Below are positions 12,979 through 25,700 of a stretch of DNA of 64,000 nt, piece after piece. Position numbers and translations under genes: made by a program. Source of the stretch: Chiloscyllium plagiosum (Eukaryota); the NCBI RefSeq assembly GCF_004010195.1, contig NC_057720.1:32701383-32765382 (forward strand), in the 5' to 3' direction. The notes under the pieces are model-generated. The model made no database searches and was not told the DNA's origin. It worked only from the letters and a program-made list of their open reading frames with translations. How positions within the stretch are numbered: the stretch's first letter is position 1; every line of letters starts with the position of its first letter.

Positions 12979-13333
12979 CATAGTATCCCTACAGTGTGGA
13001 AACAGGCCATTTGACCCATTGAGTCCACACCAATCTTCCAAAGAACATCACATTCAGTCACAACCTCCTATCCTATCCCTGTAACCTTGCATTTCCCATG
13101 GTTAATCCATCTAGCCTGCACATCCCTATACATTATGGGCAATTTAGCATCCCAATCCACTTAACCGGCATATCTTTGGATGGTGAGAGGAAACCAGGAC
13201 ACCTGATGGAAATCCCCATAGACACAGGGAGAATTTGCAAACTCCACATTGACAGTTGCCTAAGGCTGGAATCGAACCTGGTTCCCTGGTGCTGTCAGAC
13301 AGTAGCTCTAACCACGAAGCCACCATGCCACCC
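12979..13333 (-). mobile_element. HE1-type V-SINE, diverged
   Basis: Same head, core and tail organisation as 6044-6344. Confidence 0.85.
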
Positions 13334-13439
13334 ATTAAAATGATTGTCCTTTTGATGTAGGAGAAGAATTTTTGTAAAACATCCAACTATCACTCAGTCT
13401 CTTTACTTTGCACTGTTTGCTGAAGAGGCAATTAATTCT

Positions 13440-14350
13440 TATCTTAGCCCCTCCATCAAGCCATCCAGTGCATCATAGCTGGTTCCCAGTACTAATTCTA
13501 GACGGTGGACCTGACAATGGTGACATGACACAGGATGGAAGCACAGAGAACTTTTAATGTTCACCACCATCCAGAATAATGCCCATCTTGTCAAGTCATG
13601 CTTCCATGTGTACATTGGCACTCAGTCTGTCAAGCAGATATTGACCATTGAATATCAAGGGTTCTGTCCTGGCCTCCTAAGTACTAACTATTTACACCAG
13701 CGTTCAGTGCAATCTTATAAGTTTGGATTTGCTGATGTCATGCAATCTGAGAACACCCTAATTGCCATTTATAGAAGATAGATTCCTCCTACACTAAAGG
13801 CAACTTTGGTCAAACTGTAAGCTATAGTGATGTACTGCTCTGCAGCATGCCATTCAAGTCTGTACATCAAATCCATTGTTGGTCAAATGGAACTATTGTG
13901 ACAACTGCCACCAGTACATAGCTTAATGACACCACCAGTCTGGCTGTTTGTACTTGCCAACATTGCACAATCTTACCGACACACATGTATGGTGAATACA
14001 GCCAGTACATTAAAGACAGGTGTGACCAACTCACCGTCAAACTAACTCAAAGCTTAAAGGCTATTTTGAGTCATTGGCAAAGCCATCTTTGCTCACCCTA
14101 ATGACTAATGATTTAATGCTTGGAAGAACTGTGATGGATTTCAAAGATATGATCCCACCTGAAAGATCAAATCATTCTTGTAAATAATGGATCACCACTT
14201 ATTGCCTCGGAACTAGCCATGATGGAGGCTGGCACCTTCTCCTTAATTGACAAAATGAAAGCAGCCCCATCATGTCATTGCAAAGCTCTGACAATCAGGC
14301 TCTGGAAATATCATCACATTCTTCACAGGCAGCTACAAGATACTCACATT
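13440..14350 (+). mobile_element. Highly degraded Vingi/Ingi-like (I-group) LINE RT and C-terminal remnant
   Basis: Motif order across frameshifts: VDLT (~13505), QGSVLA-like (13657-13678), KFGFAD (~13720), TPPVWLFVLANIA (~13930), then a C-terminal APSCHC zinc-knuckle-like motif (~14265). Confidence 0.5.
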
Positions 14351-14614
14351 ATTGTACTAGAAACTTTGAATTTTGATGTGCTTTTTGCTCCTACCATATG
14401 AAAGAAAAGGAAGAAGAAGGCATGTAGGACTAAAACATCAGCATATTCTTGATATTCAGTATTCTTGACTGCTGTAAAGGACCCTCACTGGGAAGTATTT
14501 GCACTGCCTGTCAATTCAGGTTAGACGTGGACTAGCTTTTCTAGCCACCTGGGGTATGTAACACACTGACATTGCGTAACTTCACACATGATAAATGGTC
14601 ACTTGAGAGGAAAG

Positions 14615-14990
14615 AAAGAACCCACATGTTCATAGCACGATTCACGATTTATAGGCATCCTAACTTCTATAATGAAGTACATTTATGATTTTAGTGCAGG
14701 AGAAACAGAATTTGTCCACAACAGAGAGGAACAAATAAAAAACCAGAGAAACATTGTTGGGTAGACTAATACTGGCCAACAGAACTTTATATCTCTTCTT
14801 TTAATGTGCCATATTATTGTACATTCATCTAAAAGGGGCAAAAGGCCCTCAATTTAACACCTCACCTGAAAAACTGCACCTCTAACAGTGCTGCACTCCC
14901 TCGGTACTGAGATTTTGTGCTCAAGACTCTAGAGCCATATTAATCTACGAGTTATGGCCTGAAATGTGAAAGCAGTAACCAGTGAGCTAA
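14615..14990 (-). mobile_element. DeuSINE-like (SacSINE1-type) SINE, diverged
   Basis: Minus strand has agtaccgagggagtgcagcactgttagaggtgcagtttttcaggtgaggtgttaaattgagggcc, resembling the Deu-domain consensus. Confidence 0.6.
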
Positions 14991-15704
14991 AGTTAACAGC
15001 AGTGGTATTTGTGACAACAGTCTGAATTAGTGATTTGGAGAAAAAGATTGAAGGAGAGGGATTTTTATAACTCTTTTCAGCTTCAGCAGCGGGTGATATT
15101 GGATTGCCTAACCTCGAGTGGATTGGTAGGAAAGGACTGAGGTTAGGAGCATAAACAATAGTTTTCTGATACAGCCACTTCTAAAATTCTGCTTCAGAAA
15201 TGTATGATTAATTATCTTTCAAATCCGAGAGTTTTCAAAACATGTCTAAATGGAAGATTGTTTTCTTTAGTATTCAACATACTACACCTACATCATTTGT
15301 CAATTGTGTATAGACTTCGAGCAAGAAACAATGAAAATGGTCAAAAAATAAATCAATGCACTCATCGGGCAAATTTAATACTCTCTCCCATAGTGAACAT
15401 GATAGTAGGGTGGTATATAATCAGGTGAGAGGGCGGCAGGTAGAGACACTGCCGGCATTCTGCCTCCATACTGGTACATCAGTGTCAGAAAGGCCCAGGA
15501 TGGCCTTCCTGCCATAAACACTGGATAAAACCATGCATTGGGGAATTATGGTAATTAATGTATACTTAAGGGTGCACTGGAACTGGTATTAAACTGGAAG
15601 TGGGCAAGAGTTTCATCATGAAGGGAGTATAATGAGGAAACCTGTGTTTGGTTATTTGCTGTATCCCAAGAGGAGCAGGGGGACGTTGGCAGGGTAGTCC
15701 CTAA

Positions 15705-16326
15705 GGAGAAAGTGAGGACTGCAGATGATGGAGATTAGCGTGTGGTACTTGAAAAGTGCAGCAGGTCAGGCAGCATCCGAGGAGCAGGAGAATTGACGTT
15801 TCGGGCATAAGCCCTTTATCAGGAATGAAGCTGTGAGCTGAGGGGATGGTGAGATAAATGGGAGGGGGGGATGGGGGTAGGGGGGGTGGGGAGGTGATGG
15901 CCTGTGGGGTCAGGGGAAGGTAGCTGAGAGTACGATGGAGAGGGGTAATGGTGATAGGTTGGAGAGGATGGTGAAGCAGATAGGTGGGAAGGAAGATGGA
16001 CAAGTAGGACCGGTCATGAGGGCGATGCCAAGTTGGAAGGTTGACACTGGGATAAAGTGGGGGACAGGTAAGTATGGAAACTGGCGAATCCACATTGATG
16101 CCGTGTGATTGAAGGGCCGCAAGGCGGAAGATGAGAAGTTCTTCTTCCAGACATTGGCTGGTTAGGGAGTGACGATGGAGGAGGCCCAGGACCTACATGC
16201 CCTTGGCAGAGTGGGAGGGGGAGTTGAAGTGTTCAGTCACGGGGCGGTGGGGTTGATTGGTGCGGGTGTCCCGGAGATGTTCTCTGAAGCACTCTGCAAG
16301 TAGACGTCCTGTCTTCCCAATGTAGT
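15705..16326 (-). mobile_element. Penelope-like element 3' fragment (GIY-YIG C-terminal part + pLTR)
   Basis: Minus strand gives YIGKTGRLLAECFREHLRDT…HFN. An 11-bp TSD gtagtccctaa lies at 15694-15704 and 16327-16337. The hammerhead motif is mutated (CTGATAA). Confidence 0.85.
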
Positions 16327-16986
16327 GTAGTCCCTAATACAATATACGATGATGCCTGCCATAGAGTCATGGAGAACCACAGCAAAGGAAAAGGCCTTTA
16401 GGCCCATTGAGTCTGCCTGTTATAAACAACTATCTACTTACTCTAATCTATTTTCTAGCTGTTGGCCTGTACCCTTTTATGCATAGGCATTGCAAGTATA
16501 CATCTTCAATGTTATGAGAATTTCTGCCTTTACCATCCTTACAGGCAGTAAGTTCTAGATTCCCATCACCCACTGAGTGAAAATGAAAAGTTGCCCAGCT
16601 TCATTGTCTATAATGGATCACCACTTCTCTTGCAGGATCTCTGTTTATTGGCTGAGAAAGCTCTCCTTGGCGCATTTTAAGAATTCTGCTCCCTCTGAAC
16701 CTTTCACACGATGACGACTCCTGTCAAGGTTGGGAATGTTGCAATCCCCTATTATCATTACCCTATGATTTTTATACCTTTCTGCTATTTGCTTTCACAT
16801 CTGTTTTCCTTTTTCTCAATTTCTTCTATTTCTGATCAAGATGTTTGTTATTCAGAAAGTGGGACGTCAAGAGAAAGCCAGCTCCTTGCTCTTGCTATCA
16901 TCCCCTTCCCACATTATTTGACTCTGTGACCCCGACTTACCTGTGGATGGACCTGTGGCCTAGGATCCAACAGCAGTACAATGGTA

Positions 16987-17215
16987 CAAAAACAGAAGTT
17001 GCTGGAAAAGCTTAGCAGGTCTGTGAAGAAAAATCCAAGTTAACATTTTGCGTGCGGTGACTCTTCCTCAGAACTGAGTTTTGAGGGCGGGTCACTGGAC
17101 CCAAAACATTATTGCTGATTTCTCTTCACAGATGCTGCCAAACCTGCTGAGCATTTCCAGCAACTTCTGATTTTGTTTCTGATTTACAGCATTTACAGTT
17201 CTTTCGGTTTTTAAC
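16987..17215. mobile_element. Palindromic PLE-derived element, third family, diverged
   Basis: Inverted arms (cagaagttgctggaaaagcttagcaggt… / …acctgctgagcatttccagcaacttctg) surround degenerate ctgagga…gtcac…gacccaaaac motifs. Related fragments occur at ~7175-7300, ~10000-10098 and ~33052-33148. Confidence 0.65.
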
Positions 17216-17489
17216 CATACAGTGGTGTTGTACCAAAAGCAGTCACCTTCCCTGGTGACACTGCCAGTTCATTGAGCTGCTGGCTTCTGGTTAGTAGGTG
17301 GGATGTCCATCCCTAGGGTCCACGAGACTAGACCTTTAGATGATATGATATTTACATCAGTGGCAGTAACATTTGGTAAGGCTCCCATATAAGCCAGGGA
17401 GTTATTATTAATCAGATATGGAACTGAACCAGCCATTTAACACAATGGTTGAAAGGGCAGGTTAGAGACAATTCACCCCTTGACTCCCC

Positions 17490-17985
17490 AAAGACTGTCC
17501 ATCATCTACGTGGCACAATTCAGGAGGAATACTCTCCACTTGCAAAAGTGACTTCACAAGGATGGGTCCGGAAATGAGAAACTTCAGGAATGAGCATAGA
17601 TCGAAGAAGTTGGAACCATGCTTCTTGGAGAGAAGAAAGCTGATTGGAGTTTTGAAAGAGGTTTTCAAAATCCTGAGTGAGCTGGGTAGAGTTGACAGGG
17701 AGAAGCTGGTCCTTCTGGTAAAAGGAACAAGAATTAGAAGACATAGATTTGAAACTGATGTGTAAAAGTACGAGTGATGTGAGAAAAAAGCAGTTAGGAT
17801 ATGAAATGCACAGAAATGTGATGGAGGCAAGTTCAATTAAGGAATTCAAGAGGGAATTGAATGATTATTTAGATAGAAATAGTGCGCAAAGATTTGGGGG
17901 AAACTGAAGACTGACACTAGGTAACGAGCCGGTGCAGGCATGAGAGGTTGAATGGCCTTCTTCTGCACCTTAATAATTCTGTGAT
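17490..17985 (+). mobile_element. Degraded CR1 3' end
   Basis: Remnants such as LERRKLIGVLKEVFKIL, followed by a 3' UTR with tgaatggccttcttctg. Confidence 0.7.
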
Positions 17986-18009
17986 TTTTTGTTTGCATGA
18001 GTACAGTTT

Positions 18010-18590
18010 AACCATACTCAGCACCATCCAGGATAGCAGCCCACTTGACTGGCACCTCATCCACCATCTTCAACATTTACTTCCTTCATCCCCAGCACAC
18101 GGTGACAGCACTGTGTACCATCTACAAGGTGCACTGCAGCAACCCACCCATGCCTCTTGGACCCAGGATAGCAGCCCACTTGACTGGCACCTCATCCACC
18201 ATCTTCAACATTTACTTCCTTCATCCCCAGCACACAGTGACAGCGCTGTGTACCATCTACAAGGTGCACTGCAGCAACCCACCCATGCCTCTTGGACAGT
18301 ACCTTCCAAATCTATGAACTCTACCACCGAGGAGAACAAGTGAACACCACCATTTGCAGCCCCCCCACCCCATCAAGTCGCACACCATTCTAACGCAGAA
18401 CTATACCGTTGCTTCCTCACTGCTATTGGGTCACAATCCTGCAATTCCCTCTCCTTTAGCTCCATGGGAGTACCCACACAACATGGGCAGCAGTAGTTCA
18501 AGAAAGCAGCTCACCACCACCTTTTCAAGGGCAGTTAGGATTGAGAAAGAAGTCACCAGCAACACCTGCACCTTGTGAAGAAATACTAAA
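18010..18590 (+). mobile_element. Old LINE (CR1/L2 group) 3' fragment containing a 135-bp tandem duplication
   Basis: Homologous to the inverted copy at 31870-32300. Duplicated units start at 18028 and 18163. Confidence 0.65.
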
Positions 18591-19739
18591 GACAATGTTG
18601 GGCTCCTGCCAGTTTCCTAGCCAGTGGACTTAGACCCTCTTTCACCTCCATTTAACACAGCCCATCGTGTGGAAAGAATCAAGTTGAATTAATGTACATC
18701 TTGTTGGCATCTAACAAGTTACAAAGCAGCAATTTCCTCTCAACATGCTGACGTGCCAATTTTTATATCAAATCATGACAGCAGAATGGGAAAATCCTCT
18801 CTGGACTATGTTGAGGCTTGGAATGATTCTTTGTGTGTCTGTTTTCCATGTGATTTTAAAGGAATAACTTCTCCAATGGCATTTTCCTTAAAACCACAAT
18901 CATCCCATTGGGGCCATTCTTTTGAAAAGCACTTAGAAATAATTATGATTAACTTTAACACATGTTTCTCTAAACTTTTGGGGGGATCCTTTCACTTACC
19001 ATGCTGAGTGCTGATAGTACTTTGATGATGAAGTGCTTTGAAGGAGGCACCAAGTCTGTCAGTGAGAGACAATTCAAATTAATATCAGATTAAACCATTG
19101 ATCCTGGGAGTTTTTACAATTGTATGATTACGACTGGATGAACCCTAATTCTGTTATCTCTCACTGTAAATTGTTTCCTCAAAGCCTTCCATTTGAATTA
19201 AAATATGACAATGAAATCTCAAACAGGAGTGGGATTTACTCACTTCGCTGCATTATGTGGGAAAATTATTATTTAAATTTTTGTTGGACTCAGTAAAATG
19301 AAAAGTAGGTGGAAGTAAAAGACTGAAAAACAGGTAATAGTAAATATCCTTACTGTCGTATGGACTCCACTGTAGAAGGACAGTCAAAAGCTTTTACAAT
19401 GTCTACCATTTATGGCAACAATTTAAGATACAAAAGAGGAATAAAAAGTAGTTGCATTGCTTTACACAGCATAAAAAATATGTTAGAAATAAGCCATTGT
19501 TAAAGGATTGACATTACAGTCAGGTAAAAATTGAAATAAGCATTACATTGTAGCAGCTCATCACAGGGCCTCTGCAAGTAGTCTGACTGCCCCTGCCAGA
19601 AGTCTGACTGGCCCTGCCAGACTGCAGTCTAACAGCCATCCCTGCTTGGCTCCATACCACTGCTCAGCTGCTCCAGGGTAAGTTCCAGGACTACTTCCCC
19701 TGCACCAATCCAGGCCCAGGACATGTTGCCCGCGCTCTG

Positions 19740-22700
19740 CTGCTCAGGGACCCACTGCCCGTGTTGTTCCGGGACTCTCTGCCTGTGTTGTTCTGGGACA
19801 CACTGTCCGTGTTGCTCAGGGACTCACTTATCGTGTTGTTCTGGAATGTCGTTGCCCATGTTGTACCAGGAGTCACTGTCCATGTTTTTCCGGGATTCGC
19901 TGCCCGTGTTGTTCCAGAATGTCGTTGTACGGGGACTCCCTGTCTGTGTTGTTCCAGAACGTCACTGCCCGTGTTTAGATTACTTACAGTGTGGAAACAG
20001 GCCCTTCGGCCCAACAAGTCCACACCGAACCGCAACCCACCCAGACCCATTCCCCTACATTTACCCCTTCACCTAACACTACGGGCAATTTAGCATGGCC
20101 AATTCACCTAACCTGCACATGTTTGGACCGTGGGAGGAAACTGGAGCACCTGGAGGAAACCCATGCAGACACGGGGAGCATGTGCAAACTCCACACAGTC
20201 AGTCACCTGAGGCGGGAATTGAACCAGGGTCTCTGGCGCTGTGAGCAGCAGTGCTAACCACTGTGCCACCGTGCCGCCCACTGTATTGTTCCGGGACTCA
20301 CTGCTCGGGTTGTTCCGGGTCTCACTGCCCGTGTTGTTCCGGGACTCACTGCTCGGGTTGTTCCAGGTCTCACTGCCCGTGTTGTTCCGGGACTCACTGC
20401 CCATGTTGTTCCGGGATTCATTGCCTGTGTTGTTCGGGGACTCGCTGCCCGTGTTGTTCCAGGACTCGCTGCCCATGTTGTTCCGGGACTCATTGCCCGT
20501 GTTGTTCCGGGGACTCGCTGCCCGTGTTGTTCGGGGTCTCGCTGCCCGTGTTGTTCTGGGACTCATTGCCCGTGTTGTTCCGGGACTCATTGCCCGTGTT
20601 GTTCCGGGACTCGCTGCCCATGTTGTTCGGGGACTCGCTGCCCGTGTTGTTCGGGGACTCGCTGCCCGTGTTGTTCGGGGACGCATTGCCCGTGTTGTTC
20701 GAGGACTCATTGCCCATGTTGTTCCGGGACCCGCTGCCCATGGTGTTCGGGGACTCGCTGCCCGTGGCGTTCCGGGACTCGCTGCCCGTGTTGTTCCGGG
20801 ACTCACTGCCCATGGTGTTCGGGGACTCGCTGCCCGTGTTGTTCGGGGACTCGCTGCCCGTGTTGTACCGGGACTCATTGCCCGTGTTGTTCCGGGACTC
20901 GCTGCCCGTGTTGTTCCGGGACTCACTGCCCGTGTTGTTCGGGGACTCGCTGTCCGTGTTGTTCGGAGACTCGCTGCCCGTGTTGTTCGGGGACTCATTG
21001 CCCGTGTTGTTCGAGGACTCATTGCCCATGTTGTTCCGGGACTCGCAGCCCATGGTGTTCGGGGACTCGCTGCCCGTGGCGTTCCAGGACTCACTGCCCA
21101 TGGTGTTCGGGGACTCGCTGCCCGTGTTGTTCAGGGACCCGCTGTCCTGTTGTTCGGGGACTCGCTGCCCGTGTTGTTCGGGGACTCGCTGCCCGTGTTG
21201 TACCGGGACTCATTGCCCGTGTTGTTCCGGGACTCGCTGTCCGTGTTGTTCCGGGACTCACTGCCCATGTTGTTCGGGGACCCGCTGCCCGTGTTGTTCG
21301 GGGACTCGCTGCCCGTGTTGTTCTGGGACTCATTGCCCATGTTGTTCTGGGACTCGCTGCCCAAGCTGTTCGGGGACTCGCTGCCCGTGTTGTTCCGGGA
21401 CTCTGTCCGTGTTGTTCCGGGACTCGCTGCCCGTGTTGTTCGGGGACTCACTGCCCGTGGACTCACTGCCCGTGTTGTACCGGGACTCTGTCCATGTTGT
21501 TCCGGGACTCGCTGCCCGTGTTCCGGGACTCGCTGCCGATGGTGTTCCAGGACTCGCTGCCCGTGTTGTACCGGGACTCACTGTCCGTGTTTTTCCGGGA
21601 CTCACTGCCCGTGTTGTTCTGGGACTCGCTGCCTGTGTTGAACCAGGACTCTCTGTCCATGTTGTACCAGGACTCTCTGTCCGTGTTGTACCGGGACTCT
21701 CTGTCCGTGTTGTACCGGAACTCTCTGTCCGTGTTGTACCAGGACTCTCTGTCCGTGTTGTACTGGAACTCTCTGTCCGTGTTGTACCGGAACTCTCTGT
21801 CCGTGTTGTACCAGGACTCTCTGTCCGTGTTGTACCGGAACTCTCTGTCCGTGTTGTACCAGGACTCCCTGTCCGTGTTGTACCAGGACTCCCTGTCCGT
21901 GTTGTACCAGGACTCCCTGTCCGTGTTGTACCGGAACTCTCTGTCCGTGTTGTACCAGGACTCCCTGTCCGTGTTGTACCAGGACTCCCTGTCCGTGTTG
22001 TACCAGGACTCCCTGTCCGTGTTGTACCAGGACTCCCTGTCCGTGTTGTACCAGGACTCCCTGTCCGTGTTGTACCAGGACTCCCTGTCCGTGTTGTACC
22101 AGGACTCCCTGTCCGTGTTGTACCAGGACTCCCTGTCCGTGTTGTACCAGGACTCCCTGTCCGTGTTGTACCAGGACTCCCTGTCCGTGTTGTACCAGGA
22201 CTCCCTGTCCGTGTTGTACCAGGACTCCCTGTCCGTGTTGTACCAGGACTCCCTGTCCGTGTTGTACCAGGACTCCCTGTCCGTGTTGTACCAGGACTCC
22301 CTGTCCGTGTTGTACCAGGACTCNNNNNNNNNNNNNNNNNNNNNNNNNNNNNNNNNNNNNNNNNNNNNNNNNNNNNNNNNNNNNNNNNNNNNNNNNNNNN
22401 NNNNNNNNNNNNNNNNNNNNNNNNNNNNNNNNNNNNNNNNNNNNNNNNNNNNNNNNNNNNNNNNNNNNNNNNNNNNNNNNNNNNNNNNNNNNNNNNNNNN
22501 NNNNNNNNNNNNNNNNNNNNNNNNNNNNNNNNNNNNNNNNNNNNNNNNNNNNNNNNNNNNNNNNNNNNNNNNNNNNNNNNNNNNNNNNNNNNNNNNNNNN
22601 NNNNNNNNNNNNNNNNNNNNNNNNNNNNNNNNNNNNNNNNNNNNNNNNNNNNNNNNNNNNNNNNNNNNNNNNNNNNNNNNNNNNNNNNNNNNNNNNNNNN

Positions 22701-25700
22701 NNNNNNNNNNNNNNNNNNNNNNNNNNNNNNNNNNNNNNNNNNNNNNNNNNNNNNNNNNNNNNNNNNNNNNNNNNNNNNNNNNNNNNNNNNNNNNNNNNNN
22801 NNNNNNNNNNNNNNNNNNNNNNNNNNNNNNNNNNNNNNNNNNNNNNNNNNNNNNNNNNNNNNNNNNNNNNNNNNNNNNNNNNNNNNNNNNNNNNNNNNNN
22901 NNNNNNNNNNNNNNNNNNNNNNNNNNNNNNNNNNNNNNNNNNNNNNNNNNNNNNNNNNNNNNNNNNNNNNNNNNNNNNNNNNNNNNNNNNNNNNNNNNNN
23001 NNNNNNNNNNNNNNNNNNNNNNNNNNNNNNNNNNNNNNNNNNNNNNNNNNNNNNNNNNNNNNNNNNNNNNNNNNNNNNNNNNNNNNNNNNNNNNNNNNNN
23101 NNNNNNTCTCTGTCCGTGTTGTACCGGGACTCTCTGTCCGTGTTGTACCAGGACTCCCTGTCCGTGTTGTACCAGGACTCCCTGTCCGTGTTGTACCAGG
23201 ACTCCCTGTCCGTGTTGTACCGGAACTCTCTGTCCGTGTTGTACCGGGACTCCCTTTCCGTGTTGTACCAGGACTCCCTATCCGTGTTGTACCAGGACTC
23301 CCTGTCCGTGTTGTGCCAGGACTCCCTGTCCGTGTTGTACCGGAACTCTCTGTCCGTGTTGTACCGGGACTCCCTTTCCGTGTTGTACCAGGACTCCCTA
23401 TCCGTGTTATACCAGGACTCCCTGTCCGTGTTGTACCGGGATTCCCTTTCCGTGTTGTACCAGGACTCCCTGTCCGTGTTGTACCAGGACTCCCTGTCCG
23501 TGTTGTACCAGGACTCCCTGTCCGTTTAGTACCAGGACTCCCTGACCCTGTTGTACCGGAATTCTCTGTCCGTGTTGTACCAGGATTCCCTGTCCGTGTT
23601 GTACCAGGACTCCCTGTCCGTGTTGTACCAGGACTACCTGTCCGTGTTGTACCAGGATTCCCTGTCCGTGTTGTACCAGGACTACCTGTCCGTGTTGTAC
23701 CAGGACTCCCTGTCCGTGTTGTACCGGGACTCACTGTCCGTGTTGTACCGGGACTCCCTGTCCGTGTTGTACCGGGACTCACTGTCCGTGTTTTTCCGGG
23801 ACTCCCTGTCCGTGTTGTACCGGGACTCACTGTCCGTGTTTTTCCGGGACTCACTGCCCGTGTTGTACCGGGACTCGCTGCCCGTGTTAAACCAGGAGTC
23901 ACTACCCGTGTTGTACCAGGTCTTGCTGCCCGTGTTGTTCTGGGATTCGCTGCCGGTGTTGTACCGGGACTCTCTGTCTGTGTTGTACCAGGACTCTCTG
24001 TCCGTGTTGTACCAGGTCTCCCTGTCCTTGTTGTACCAGGACCCCCTGTCCGTGTTGTACCAGGACCCCCTGTCTGTGTTGTACCAGGACTCTCTGTCCG
24101 TGTTGTACCAGGTCTCCCTGTCCTTGTTGTACCAGGACCCCCTGTCCGTGTTGTACTGGGACTCCCTGTCCGTGTTGTACTGGGACTCCCTGTCAGTGTT
24201 GTTCCAGGACTCCCTGTCCGTGTTATACCAGGTCCCCTGTCCGTGTTGTTCCAGGACTCCCTGTCCGTGTTGTACCAGGACTCTCTGTCCGTGTTGTACC
24301 AGGACTCCCTGTCCGTGTTGTACCGGGACTCCCTGTCCGTGTTGTACCGGGACTCCCTGTCCGTGTTGTTCTGGGACTCCCTGTCCGTGTTGTACCGGGA
24401 CTCACTGTCCGTGTTGTACCGGGACTCTCTGTCCGTGTTGTACCGGGACTCCCTGTCCGTGTTGTTCTGGGACTCCCAGTCCGTGTTGTACCAGGACTCC
24501 CTGTCCGTGTTGTTCTGGGACTCCCTGTCCGTGTTGTACCAGGACTCCCTGTCCGTGTTGTTCCATGACTCCTTGTCCGTGTTGTTCCAGGACTCTCTGT
24601 CCGTGTTGTACCAGGACCCCCTGTACTTGTTGTACCAGGACTCCCTGTCCGTGTTGTACCAGGACCCCCTGTCCTTGTTGTACCAGGACCCCCTGTCCGT
24701 GTTGTACCAGGAACCCCTGTCCTTGTTGTACCAGGACCCCCTGTCCGTGTTGTTGTTGTACCAGGACTCCCTGTCCTTGTTGTACCGGGACTCCCTGTCC
24801 TTGTTGTACCAGGACCCCCTGTCAGTGTTGTTCCAGGACTCCCTGTCCGTGTTGTACCAGGACTCTCTGTCCGTGTTGTACCAGGACTCCCTGTCCGTGT
24901 TGTACCAGGACTCCCTGTCCTTGTTGTTCGGGGACTCACTGCCCGTGTTGTACCAGGACTCGCTGCCCGTGTTGTACCAGGACTCTCTGTCCGTGTTGTA
25001 CGAGGACTCGCTGCCCATGTTGTTCGGGGACTCACTGCCCATGTTGTTCCAGGACTCGCTGCTCGTGTTGTACCAGGACTCTCTGTCCGTGTTGTACCAG
25101 GACCCCCTGTCCGTGTTGTACCAGGACCCTCTGTCCGTGTTGTACCAGGACTCCCTGTCCGTGTTGTACGAGGACTCGCTGCCCATGTTGTTCCAGGACT
25201 CGCTGCTCGTGTTGTTCGGGGACTCACTGTCCGTGTTGAACCAGGACTCACTGCCCGTGTTGTACCAGGACTCTCTGTCCGTGTTGTACCAGGATTCCCT
25301 GTCCGTGTTGTACCGGGACTCACTGTCCGTGTTGTACCGGGACTCCCTGTCCGTGTTGTACCAGGACTCCCTGTCCGTGTTGTACCGGGACTCACTGTCC
25401 GTGTTTTTCCGGGACTCCCTGTCCGTGTTGTACCGGGACTCACTGTCCGTGTTTTTCCGGGACTCACTACCCGTGTTGTACCAGGTCTTGCTGCCCGTGT
25501 TGTTCTGGGATTCGCTGTCGGTGTTGTACCAGGACTCCCTGTCCTTGTTGTACCGGGACTCCCTGTCCTTGTTGTACCAGGACCCCCTGTCAGTGTTGTT
25601 CCAGGACTCCCTGTCCGTGTTGTATCAGGACTCCCTGTCCGTGTTGTACCGGGACTCCCTGTCCGTGTTGTTCTGGGACTCCCTGTCCGTGTTGTTCCAT

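Noticed and set aside
17948..18343. Protein with a 45-aa internal repeat
   Set aside because: An artefact of the 135-bp tandem duplication in a LINE remnant.
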